The notes below the pieces were generated by a model. It was not told the origin of the DNA and did not search any database. It was given only the letters and a program-made list of their open reading frames with translations. Shown piece by piece: positions 25,575 to 34,560 of a stretch of DNA of 55,682 nt. The stretch is from Acidimicrobiia bacterium (GTDB taxonomy: Bacteria; Actinomycetota; Acidimicrobiia; Acidimicrobiales; JANYDT01). The DNA lies in contig JANOHI010000019.1 of NCBI GenBank assembly GCA_031406385.1, positions 1 through 55,682 on the forward strand. The letters are read 5' to 3'. Positions within the stretch are counted from its first letter, which is position 1. Each line of letters begins with the position of its first letter. Position numbers and translations under genes: made by a program.

Positions 25575-26519
25575 ATGCCCGTCGTGAGCGCAGCCTTCCT
25601 TGCCAACGGTCTCGACGCGTGGCGAATCCGTCCTGAGCAACCGTTCAAACTTTCCGGTATCGATCCGGAATCGACTCCGGAGGCGCCAGGCGACCGCGCC
25701 AAGACCGATGCCGCATCAAATGAGCTGCGCAAACGCCTGAGGGTGGTCCAGGACCGTTTCATGGCCGAGAAGGAGCGGAGCATCCTGCTCGTGCTCCAGG
25801 CCATGGACGGCGGCGGCAAGGACGGCACGGTGAAGAGCCTGTACCTGGGCATGCATCCGGTCGGGGCCGAGGTGATGAGTTGGGGGGTTCCGACCGAGCA
25901 CGAGTTGGCGCAGGACTTCCTGTGGCGGATCCACCATCGGCTGCCCGCGAAGGGCAAGATCGGCATCTTCAACCGCTCCCACTACGAAGATGTTCTCGCC
26001 GTCCGGGTTCGCAAGCTCAAGCCGCCCAGCGTCTGGCAGAACCGTTACTCGATCATCAACAACTTCGAAGCCGGTCTCGTCACCGAGGGCACGACGATCA
26101 TCAAGGTCATGCTGCACATCTCTCGCCAGGAGCAGGCGAACCGTCTCCAGGCTCGCGTCGATCGCCTCGACAAACGCTGGAAGTTCCGGCTCGGCGACCT
26201 CGAGGATCGTCAGCTTTGGCCGAGCTACCAACGCGCCTACGACGACGCGATCGAGAAGACCTCGACCGCCCACGCACCATGGTTCGTCGTTCCGGCCGAC
26301 AAGAAGTGGTACCGCGATTTCGCCGTGCTAACCATTCTCACGTCTGTGCTCGACACACTCAAGCCCGACTATCCGCCGCGCCACGATCTCGATGGTGTCG
26401 TCATTCCCGGTGCTGTTCGCCAGGTCTTCACCGAGAAACTGCCCAAGAAGCCGAAGCCGCCGAAGCCAGTTACCTCCTGGGTCACCCCGAACGACTCGCC
26501 GGAAAGCGACGGGGAATGA
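25575..26519 (+). CDS. ppk2: Polyphosphate kinase 2 family protein
   Basis: QAMDGGGKDG, FNRSHYEDVL, KRWKF, APWFVVPADKKWYR. Confidence 0.92.
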   Translation: MPVVSAAFLANGLDAWRIRPEQPFKLSGIDPESTPEAPGDRAKTDAASNELRKRLRVVQDRFMAEKERSILLVLQAMDGGGKDGTVKSLYLGMHPVGAEVMSWGVPTEHELAQDFLWRIHHRLPAKGKIGIFNRSHYEDVLAVRVRKLKPPSVWQNRYSIINNFEAGLVTEGTTIIKVMLHISRQEQANRLQARVDRLDKRWKFRLGDLEDRQLWPSYQRAYDDAIEKTSTAHAPWFVVPADKKWYRDFAVLTILTSVLDTLKPDYPPRHDLDGVVIPGAVRQVFTEKLPKKPKPPKPVTSWVTPNDSPESDGE

Positions 26520-27262
26520 ACGCCGCCGAACTCGCCCGCGCCACGGCGGCGCCGATCAACGCGATCGGCGCAAAGTTCATGCTGATCCCGGAGACGAACG
26601 AGATCGGCGCGGAACTCGGTTTCGCTCACCCGTTCGAGTTCTATACCGCCGGCCGGGGTGGAGTGCTGGGAGACGTCGACGCCGACGTCATCATCTCCGC
26701 GTTCGGGTTCTTCTCACCCAGCCTGATCCGGAAGTTCTGGGATTCGTCGAAGGCCGTCATGTCGCCTCGCCAGGCCGGGACGGCATTCGCCGGCGCCGCG
26801 CAAACATGGGGCCGCCGACACCTCGCCGGTATTGAGGGTCTGGATCGCCTGGCTGATCTCGGGGAGAAGGTCATCGAGGCCGCCGACTGCTCGGCGCTGG
26901 CGCTCTTTGCCGGGTGGCGATCCGAACCGCTCGCTGCCGACGCCCCGGCGCGCGCCTACCAGGTTCTGCATGTCCTGCGCGAGCATCGTGGCAGCGCGCA
27001 CATCGTGGCGGTTCTGGCAACCGGGCTCACGCCGTTCCAGGCGCACTTCGGCAAGCTCGGCGAGGCGGGGCTGAAGAACTTCGGGTGGCGCGACTGGCGT
27101 AGTGACCTCCTTGACGTCGCCGGCATGGAGAACCGACTCGCCCAGGCCGAGGAATTGACCAGCGAGCTCATCACCCCAGCGTTCGGTGCCCTCTCTGCGG
27201 CGGAAGCCCGCGAGTTCGCCGAGCTCGTCGCGTCCGTTCACGCGCACACGTCGAGCACCTGA
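26516..27262 (+). CDS. Conserved actinobacterial protein (SCO6745-like)
   Basis: YTAGRGGVLG, VLREHRGSAH; ATGA overlap with ppk2. Confidence 0.75.
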   Translation: MNAAELARATAAPINAIGAKFMLIPETNEIGAELGFAHPFEFYTAGRGGVLGDVDADVIISAFGFFSPSLIRKFWDSSKAVMSPRQAGTAFAGAAQTWGRRHLAGIEGLDRLADLGEKVIEAADCSALALFAGWRSEPLAADAPARAYQVLHVLREHRGSAHIVAVLATGLTPFQAHFGKLGEAGLKNFGWRDWRSDLLDVAGMENRLAQAEELTSELITPAFGALSAAEAREFAELVASVHAHTSST

Positions 27263-27378
27263 ACGGAAGCTGAACGCACAGTGGTTGCCGTTCAACCTCG
27301 TCGCTGTCTAAGGTCAATCCACGAAAATGAAACGACGTTCCTCTGAGTGGAACGCTGCTTCGACCCTGAGGAGGAACC

Positions 27379-28920
27379 GTGCGTTTGCGAATGTCTCGCG
27401 TTGTCGGCCTGGCAGCAATCGTTGCTGTTGTCGGTCTATCGCCGTCGCTGGCGCAGGCGGCGACGCCCAAGGCCGGTGGTTCCTGTACCGCCAAACAGGT
27501 GGGTACTTCCACCACGAGCGGGTCGAGCAGGCTCGAATGCCGCAAGAGCGGCAAGGCTGGGCGCTGGGTCCGGGTAACGGCAGCGACCGCGGCGCCGACC
27601 ACCGCGGCCCCCGCAACTGCCGCGCCGACCACCGCCGCGCCTGTCGCCACTCCAGCACCGAGTGGTGAGAACGGCCGTGGCGTCACCGAATCCACCATCC
27701 GCATCGGTTTCATCGACGCCGCGTTCAGGACGCCGGCCGGCTTCCTACCCAGCTCCACCGGGAACACCGCGGCCCAGGTCGGGGCCATGGTCGACGCCAT
27801 CAATGCCGCCGGGGGGATCGCCGGCCGCAAGGTCGTTCCCGTCATCCGCCAGTTCGACCTTGCCGGCAGCAACCGCGACCAGGCCGAGGCGCTGTGCGCC
27901 GCGTTCGCCGATGACGACAAAGTGTTCGCCGTATCGAGCCAGAGCGTGATCGTCGCCGCGGCGAGCAAGGAGTGCTTCGCCCGCAAGAAGACGCTCTACA
28001 TCGAAGGAGCAGGTTCCTTCCCCTTCGACACCGACACACTCAAGCGCATGGCACCGTATGCATACGTATCGAACCTTCCGGCCATCGACCGGGTGGTTCC
28101 CTCCTACGTCAAGACACTCGTCGACGAGAAATACTTCGGGGCCGATCCCAAGACGGCCAAGGTCGGCGTCGTGTCCATGGATGATCCGGCGTACAAGACA
28201 GCCGGGGCGAAGCTCATCGCGGAACTCGACAAGATCGGGGTGAAGCCGATCGAGACCACGTATTTCGACACCACCTCGCAGGCCACGGTGAGCCGTGATT
28301 CCACCGCCGCGTCCACGCGTTTTGCCGCCAAAGGCGTCACCCACGTGATCTCACTCGCTTCAGCTGGCAACACCATGCAGTTCATGTGGACCGGTGAGGA
28401 CAACGGCTACTACCCGCGCATGGCTTTCACCAGCTTCGACGCCCTCCGAATCGTGGCCGATGGGCCATCCTTCCGTCTCCGCAGGGTCAACAAGCGCAGC
28501 CTCGAAGGATCGCTCGCCATCGGTGTCAACTCGGTCGTCGACACCGACGACACGCAGAACATTTTCCCCTCCGCCGGCCCGGAGAAGCGGTGCATCGACA
28601 TCTACACGAGCTCCAAACTCATCACCGGATTCGAAAGCCGCTACCTCTCGCGCTACGCCCAGTCCTATTGCGACAACCTCACGTTCATGAAGACCGTCGG
28701 CGACAAGATCAAGGGCCCGCTCAACGTCGAGTCGTTCGCCGCCGAAGCAGCCAAGCTCGGCTCCAAGGGCTTCGATGCCGGCGTCGGCTGGCTCACCACA
28801 TTCGGGCCCGGCCGATTCGACGGTGGCGACGGGTACCGCGTGCTGCGTTTCGACTCCACCTGTAGCCGTCCGACCGACGGGTGCTTCGTCTACGCCTCGG
28901 GCGTCCAGAAACTCGCCTGA
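27379..28920 (+). CDS. ABC transporter substrate-binding protein (type I, LivK-like)
   Basis: Signal peptide, GVTESTIRIG, DAINAAGGIAGRKV, DDDKVFAV. Confidence 0.82.
   Translation: MRLRMSRVVGLAAIVAVVGLSPSLAQAATPKAGGSCTAKQVGTSTTSGSSRLECRKSGKAGRWVRVTAATAAPTTAAPATAAPTTAAPVATPAPSGENGRGVTESTIRIGFIDAAFRTPAGFLPSSTGNTAAQVGAMVDAINAAGGIAGRKVVPVIRQFDLAGSNRDQAEALCAAFADDDKVFAVSSQSVIVAAASKECFARKKTLYIEGAGSFPFDTDTLKRMAPYAYVSNLPAIDRVVPSYVKTLVDEKYFGADPKTAKVGVVSMDDPAYKTAGAKLIAELDKIGVKPIETTYFDTTSQATVSRDSTAASTRFAAKGVTHVISLASAGNTMQFMWTGEDNGYYPRMAFTSFDALRIVADGPSFRLRRVNKRSLEGSLAIGVNSVVDTDDTQNIFPSAGPEKRCIDIYTSSKLITGFESRYLSRYAQSYCDNLTFMKTVGDKIKGPLNVESFAAEAAKLGSKGFDAGVGWLTTFGPGRFDGGDGYRVLRFDSTCSRPTDGCFVYASGVQKLA
27583..27642 (+). 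repeat. Coding 15-bp tandem repeat, (A/T)TAAP x4 linker
   Basis: ATAAP-TTAAP-ATAAP-TTAAP in the SBP N-terminus. Confidence 0.8.
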
Positions 28921-28938
28921 GCCGATTCTGATCCGAGA

Positions 28939-28977
28939 CGAGCGGTCGGCGACTTCCCACGAAGTCCCGGCCGCTCG
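28939..28977 (+). terminator. Stem-loop after the SBP gene (terminator or mRNA stabiliser)
   Basis: cgagcggtcggcgacttc-ccac-gaagtcccggccgctcg imperfect inverted repeat; no U-tract. Confidence 0.55.
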
Positions 28978-29005
28978 ATTCGCGTCTTCGGGTACCCTCC
29001 GTCCT

Positions 29006-29470
29006 GTGTCGGCTGCGCCCCCTCATCGACGTCGGGCCCGGCGCGCGGTCGCGGTCGCTGTGATGCTAAGCGCGCTTAGCTCTGGTTGCACCGACGGGCT
29101 GTCCTTCCGCCAGGATGACCGACTCAAGATCGTGTCGCCACTCGACGGCGAACTCGTCGGTGAACCGGTGCTCGTCGAATGGCGCATGGAGCCGCGACCC
29201 ACCTCGGTGAAGGGATTCCTCGTCTTCATCGATCGGGCGCCACAGCCGCCGGGAAAGACCATCGAGCATTTCAAGCCCGACAATCGATCGAACATCTACG
29301 AGTCGACCACGGAGTCCGTCGAGATCGCCGCGTTCGAATCGGCGGTCAGCGGACCGAAGAACCGCAGGAACCGCCACCGGGTGCTGATCGTCGCACTCGA
29401 CGACCGCGGACGTCGCATCGGCGAAGCAAGTGACCACGTGGAGATCGACGTCTTCCGGGATGAGCTGTGA
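29006..29470 (+). CDS. Putative lipoprotein
   Basis: Basic N-terminus, hydrophobic stretch and lipobox-like LSSGC; TACCCT 7 nt before GTG; overlaps the next gene. Confidence 0.7.
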   Translation: MSAAPPHRRRARRAVAVAVMLSALSSGCTDGLSFRQDDRLKIVSPLDGELVGEPVLVEWRMEPRPTSVKGFLVFIDRAPQPPGKTIEHFKPDNRSNIYESTTESVEIAAFESAVSGPKNRRNRHRVLIVALDDRGRRIGEASDHVEIDVFRDEL

Positions 29471-31695
29471 ACGACGCAACCTCCGACGATCTCGAACGGA
29501 CGCGTGACGAGTCGCGAGCACGCGGGCGGGCCGCGCTGGGCGTCACCGGCTCGGCCACAACGCGATCGCTTCGCGATGTCGTACGCGAAGGGCGTGGCTG
29601 GTACCCGATCACTGCGCTGGGCGGCCTCACCATCGTCGATGCATTCCAAAGCTCGGCCTATTCAGTACTCGGACCCGAGATCGCCGACACCTTCGGGGTC
29701 GACGCAGCAATCATCGCCGGGTTCTTCGCACTCCGTCTGCTCGCCGTCTTCGGGGCAGCACTTCCCGCAGCAGCGCTCACCCAGGGCAAGCCGCGCCGGG
29801 CGGTGCTGTCGGTCGCGGCCGGCGCTCTGTGGGTCGTCACCTCATTCTCACTTGGCCTGTCCCGTACGGCCGCACTGCTCGCGATCTGGTTCGTGATCGG
29901 CGGCATCGGCAACGGCGCGTCGCAATCGCTTCATCGGCCACTGGTCATCGACAGCTACCCGCCATCAGGCCGCGTTCGTATGCTCGCGTTGTATCGGAGC
30001 TTCGACCAGGTCGGTGGGATCGGAGCGCCGCTGCTCGTCGCTGGACTGACCACCTGGGGCAACCTGACGTGGCGCGGCGTGTTCATCGTCGTGGGCATCA
30101 TCACCGTGCCGGCGTTTCTCTACGCCTTGCGTCTTCGAGATCCCGGGTTCGGCACCTACGACGAGGCCGCCCTCCGGCAATCGGTGAGCGGCGATGCACC
30201 GCTTCCTGGCGCGCTCGACGAGGCCGACGTCCGACTCGGCTTCTTCGAGATCGTCCGACGGCTCTTCCTCATTCCGACAGTCAGCCGAATCCTCGTCGGA
30301 TGGGCCGTCCTCGGCATGTCCTTCGTGCCACTCGCCACCTACCTCTCGTTCTTCCTCGACGACCGGTGGAAGATGGGTCCCGGGGCTCGGGCACTTTTCT
30401 CCGCCGCCCTGCCCGTGTTCTCCCTCTCCGCCGTGCTGCTCAGCAGCCGGAAAGGGGAATCGCTCCTCGCCAAAGACCCGGCGGCGCTGCTGCGGCGGGC
30501 TGCGTTCGGCATTGCCGGGGGCGGTGTCGCCATCTCGCTCGTGCCATACGTCCCCGGAGACAACTGGAAGAGTCCCTGGTTCGTCGTCATGCTCTTGGTG
30601 TTCGGGAGCGGATTCGCTCTGCAGGGCATTGGGTTCCCGTCGCTCGAGGCATCACAGCTGTCGATTATCCCGTCGAACATGCGGCCGCACGCAGCAGCAC
30701 TCGCCGGCATCTTCCTCTCCGCCGTCGGCGGCATCGGCGGTGTGCTGCTGCTCGGATCACTCGACCGTCGATTCGGCTCCGGCGCGGTCTTCGCTCCGAT
30801 CGGCGTGCTGTCGATCGTTGCCGGCCTTGTGCTGCGCTCAGCCACGAAAACGATCAATGCCGATCTCGATCGCAACGTCGATGCGCTCGTGGAGACCGAA
30901 CAGCTCAAGGCCATGCACGCGCGTGGTGAACGTCTGGCGATGCTCGCATGTCGTGGCATCGACTTCTCCTACGGAACCGTCCCGGTGCTCTTCGACGTGG
31001 ACTTCACCGTCGACGACGGTGAAATGGTGGCGTTGCTCGGCACCAACGGCGCCGGCAAGTCGACTCTGCTGCGGGTGGTCTCCGGCCTCGGTCTGCCGCA
31101 GTCGGGCACGGTCCGATTCCGCGGTCAGGACATCACCTACGTCGACGCCGAACGCCGCGTTGCTATGGGCATCACGCAGATCCCCGGCGGCAAGGCAGCC
31201 TTCGGCCCGCTGACCGTCGTCGAGAACCTTCGGGTCGCCGGTTACTCCCACGGCCGAAATCGCCGAGCGGTGGAGAACGGCATCGAGCGGAGTTTCGCCG
31301 CGTTCCCCCGTCTGGCCGAACGGCGCAGTCAACTCGCGGGAACGCTGTCCGGCGGCGAGCAGCAGATGCTGGCGCTCTCCAAGGCGCTCATCCTCAACCC
31401 GCGCCTGCTCGTCATCGATGAGCTCTCGCTCGGGTTGGCACCGATCGTCGTCGGTGAGCTGCTGGAGATGGTCCGACACATCAACGCCAGCGGAACGGCC
31501 GTCGTCCTGGTTGAGCAGTCGGTGAACGTCGCACTGTCGCTCGTCACGCATGCGTATTTCATGGAGAAGGGCGAGATCCGCTTCGATGGTGAAGCAAGTG
31601 ATCTCCTCGGCCGCGCTGACCTGCTGCGCTCGGTGTTCCTTGAAGGCTCAGCATCGGCCGTTTCGGCAAGCACGCCGGCCGGTCCGCCATCATGA
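29467..31695 (+). CDS. MFS transporter fused to a LivF-like ABC ATPase
   Basis: About 470 aa multi-TM MFS-like region, then GTNGAGKS, LSGGEQQ, LVIDE, VEQ. Confidence 0.85.
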   Translation: MNDATSDDLERTRDESRARGRAALGVTGSATTRSLRDVVREGRGWYPITALGGLTIVDAFQSSAYSVLGPEIADTFGVDAAIIAGFFALRLLAVFGAALPAAALTQGKPRRAVLSVAAGALWVVTSFSLGLSRTAALLAIWFVIGGIGNGASQSLHRPLVIDSYPPSGRVRMLALYRSFDQVGGIGAPLLVAGLTTWGNLTWRGVFIVVGIITVPAFLYALRLRDPGFGTYDEAALRQSVSGDAPLPGALDEADVRLGFFEIVRRLFLIPTVSRILVGWAVLGMSFVPLATYLSFFLDDRWKMGPGARALFSAALPVFSLSAVLLSSRKGESLLAKDPAALLRRAAFGIAGGGVAISLVPYVPGDNWKSPWFVVMLLVFGSGFALQGIGFPSLEASQLSIIPSNMRPHAAALAGIFLSAVGGIGGVLLLGSLDRRFGSGAVFAPIGVLSIVAGLVLRSATKTINADLDRNVDALVETEQLKAMHARGERLAMLACRGIDFSYGTVPVLFDVDFTVDDGEMVALLGTNGAGKSTLLRVVSGLGLPQSGTVRFRGQDITYVDAERRVAMGITQIPGGKAAFGPLTVVENLRVAGYSHGRNRRAVENGIERSFAAFPRLAERRSQLAGTLSGGEQQMLALSKALILNPRLLVIDELSLGLAPIVVGELLEMVRHINASGTAVVLVEQSVNVALSLVTHAYFMEKGEIRFDGEASDLLGRADLLRSVFLEGSASAVSASTPAGPPS

Positions 31696-34556
31696 CGGCC
31701 GTATTCGCACTGGCATTCGCCCCGGAATACCTCTTCCGCGGCGCCATCATCGGCATGACCTACGGACTACTTGCGCTCGGCATCGTCCTGGTCTTCCGAT
31801 CGAGTTCGATCCTCAATTTCGCCCATGGCGAGATCGGCCTGTTCGCCGCGGCGGTCTTCACCACGATCGTCAACCGGTTCTCGGTGCCCTACTGGGTCGC
31901 CTTTGCCATGTCCCTGGCGATCGGCGCACTCGCCGGGGTTCTCGCGGAGGTGGTGATCGTCCGTCGCCTGCGCCGCGCGCCAAAGCTGATGAGTGTGGTG
32001 GCGACACTGGGCTTTGCATCGTTCCTCGGGTTCTTCGGAGGCGTGATCCAGGGCAGCGACTCGGCCGTCCTAGGTTTCCCGAAACCAGTCGGCTTCCCGA
32101 CCTTCAAGTTCCGCACGTTCTTCGTGAGCCCCGCCCATTCGGCGATCCTCATTCTGTCGCCGGTCGTGATGATTGCGATTGCGTTGTTTCTTCGCTCCTC
32201 TCGCATCGGAATCGGAATTCGCGCCGCGTCCGCCAACGCCGAAGCGGCTCGGATGGCCGGGCTGTCCCCGAGCCGGATGTCGGCTATTGCCTGGGGTCTC
32301 GCCGGTGCCCTGTCGGCCTACACCGCTCTCCTGGTCACCCCGGCGCTCGGATTCGGCGCGACCGGCGCCACCAATGCACCAGGCCTTCTCCTACGCGCGC
32401 TTACCGTCGCGATCATCGCCCGGATGACAAACATCCCGATCACCCTGGCGGCCGGACTCGTCATCGGCATCATCGAGTCGTTCCTGCAGTACAACTACTC
32501 GTCGGGCGGCCCGATCGAAGTGCTCCTGCTCGGTACTGCGCTCGTGGCGCTCCTTCTCCAATCCGGACGTCGCGGCCGCAACGTGCAACGCGATTCGTGG
32601 ATCGCCGTGCAGCCCTGGTCACCGCTCACCACCGACCAGCTTCGTCATCCACTCATCCGAAACCTCGGGCGCATGGTCGCTGTCGTCGGGTTGGCTGCGG
32701 CGGTGGCGTTCGGGCTCGTGGCGTCCAATCAGGCCGCCCGCGAAGGCGGCCTGTTGCTGCGCATGGCTCTCATCGGCCTCTCGCTCTACTTCCTCATCGG
32801 TCTCGCCGGACAGCTCTCCCTCGGGCAGTTCGCCATTGCGGCGATTGGCGCGGTCGTCGCCGTGAGAGTCGCTGCCGGCGCCGGAGACATGCTGACGTCG
32901 ATCGTCGCCGCCGGTGTCGTCGGCGCGCTGGTGTCGGCCGCTCTCGGCATCCCGGCGCTACGCGTCCGCGGTCTCATGCTTGCGGTGACCACCCTCGGCT
33001 TCGCGGTAGCGACACAGTCATGGCTGCTCGGGCAATCCTGGGTGATCGGCGACGGGCTCGACAGCTCGACCCGGCGGATCTTCGGCTTCGACGTCTCGAC
33101 CGATCGCCGCTACTACTGGCTCATCCTCGCCGCTCTAGTCATCACGTTCCTGGCCGTGCGGAACCTCTCCAATGGAGCGTACGGCCGCCGGCTCCGAGCG
33201 TTGCGCGACAACGAGGACCAGGCACGCGCCTTCTCGGTGTCGGCCGTCCGTACGCTGCTGAGTGCCTACGCCGTTGCCGGCTTCATTGCCGGTGTCGGCG
33301 GCGCGGTCTACGCGCACTCGATCAGCCGGGTCTCGGTGCAGAGCTTCGCCGTGAACGATTCGATCAATGTCACCGCCACGGCCGTGCTCGGCGGGCTCGG
33401 TATCGTCGCCGGACCCCTCCTCGGTGCCCTCTACGTCATCGGCCTCCCCCGCCTGCCGCTCGACTCGCTGGCGCTCGCGGCCTCGTCGCTCGGCTGGCTG
33501 GTCCTGCTCCTCTACGTGCCCTCAGGCATCGCCGGGCTGATCGCACCGCTCCGCCGCACGGTCATCAGCGTCTTGGAACGCCGCCCCTGGACCGGTCGGC
33601 GCCACTACCGACCAGATGCCGACGTCGCCGATGACGACAACACGCTGCCGAGCGGTCCCGCGGTACGAGCGAAGGTGGGAGAGGCTTCGTTCGCCACGAC
33701 GGCCAAGACGTTCGGCGGCATCGGTCACCAGACCGCCCGTGCCGACGAGCCGATTTCGATGCGTGCCGGCGCGCCCGACGTACTCCTCTCGGTCGACGCC
33801 GTCAGCAAGCGCTTCGGCGGCGTCCGCGCCTGCGAAAAGGTCTCCTTCGACGTGATGCGCGGCGAGACCGTCGGCCTGATCGGCCCGAACGGCGCCGGCA
33901 AGACCACGCTCTTCGAGATCCTCGGCGGCTTCACCCGGGCCGACTCGGGCGCCGTGCGGTTCCTCGGGTCAGACATCACCAACACCTCTGCCGAATCCAG
34001 GGCGAGGCAAGGGCTCATCCGGTCGTTCCAGGACGCGCCGCTCTTCCCGACGATGACGGTGACCGACACGGTTCGTCTCGCCTACGAACGCCGGATGCCT
34101 TCGAGCCTCTTCGTCTCCTTGGCCGCTCTCCAGAGCCAAGAGCGACGGATCCGCCGAGAAGCAGACCAGTTGGTCGACCTTCTCGGCCTCGGTTCCTATG
34201 CGCGCAAAGCAGTTCATGAACTGTCGACCGGAACCCGTCGGATCACCGAACTGGCATGTCTCATCGCCCTCGAGCCGACGCTGCTCCTGCTCGACGAACC
34301 GTCGTCGGGCGTGGCCCAGCGCGAGACCGAAGCCCTCGGCGAGCTGCTCAAAGCCATCAAGGCTCATCTCGGAACCACCGTGCTCATCATCGAGCACGAT
34401 ATCCCCCTCGTCCGTTCGTTGAGCGATCGTCTCGTCGCCATGGAATCCGGACGTCTGATCGCCATCGGAGCGCCGGCGGCAGTCCTCGTCGACCCGCAGG
34501 TCGTGTCTTCCTATCTCGGCGGATCCACGGTTGCCATCGAACGCAGCGGGTCGTGA
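31692..34556 (+). CDS. Fused LivH-LivM-LivG ABC permease/ATPase
   Basis: LNFAHGE (LivH), GQLSLGQ and LAVTTLGF (LivM), GPNGAGKT, LLLLDEP, IEHD (LivG). Confidence 0.88.
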   Translation: MTAVFALAFAPEYLFRGAIIGMTYGLLALGIVLVFRSSSILNFAHGEIGLFAAAVFTTIVNRFSVPYWVAFAMSLAIGALAGVLAEVVIVRRLRRAPKLMSVVATLGFASFLGFFGGVIQGSDSAVLGFPKPVGFPTFKFRTFFVSPAHSAILILSPVVMIAIALFLRSSRIGIGIRAASANAEAARMAGLSPSRMSAIAWGLAGALSAYTALLVTPALGFGATGATNAPGLLLRALTVAIIARMTNIPITLAAGLVIGIIESFLQYNYSSGGPIEVLLLGTALVALLLQSGRRGRNVQRDSWIAVQPWSPLTTDQLRHPLIRNLGRMVAVVGLAAAVAFGLVASNQAAREGGLLLRMALIGLSLYFLIGLAGQLSLGQFAIAAIGAVVAVRVAAGAGDMLTSIVAAGVVGALVSAALGIPALRVRGLMLAVTTLGFAVATQSWLLGQSWVIGDGLDSSTRRIFGFDVSTDRRYYWLILAALVITFLAVRNLSNGAYGRRLRALRDNEDQARAFSVSAVRTLLSAYAVAGFIAGVGGAVYAHSISRVSVQSFAVNDSINVTATAVLGGLGIVAGPLLGALYVIGLPRLPLDSLALAASSLGWLVLLLYVPSGIAGLIAPLRRTVISVLERRPWTGRRHYRPDADVADDDNTLPSGPAVRAKVGEASFATTAKTFGGIGHQTARADEPISMRAGAPDVLLSVDAVSKRFGGVRACEKVSFDVMRGETVGLIGPNGAGKTTLFEILGGFTRADSGAVRFLGSDITNTSAESRARQGLIRSFQDAPLFPTMTVTDTVRLAYERRMPSSLFVSLAALQSQERRIRREADQLVDLLGLGSYARKAVHELSTGTRRITELACLIALEPTLLLLDEPSSGVAQRETEALGELLKAIKAHLGTTVLIIEHDIPLVRSLSDRLVAMESGRLIAIGAPAAVLVDPQVVSSYLGGSTVAIERSGS

Positions 34557-34560
34557 CGCG

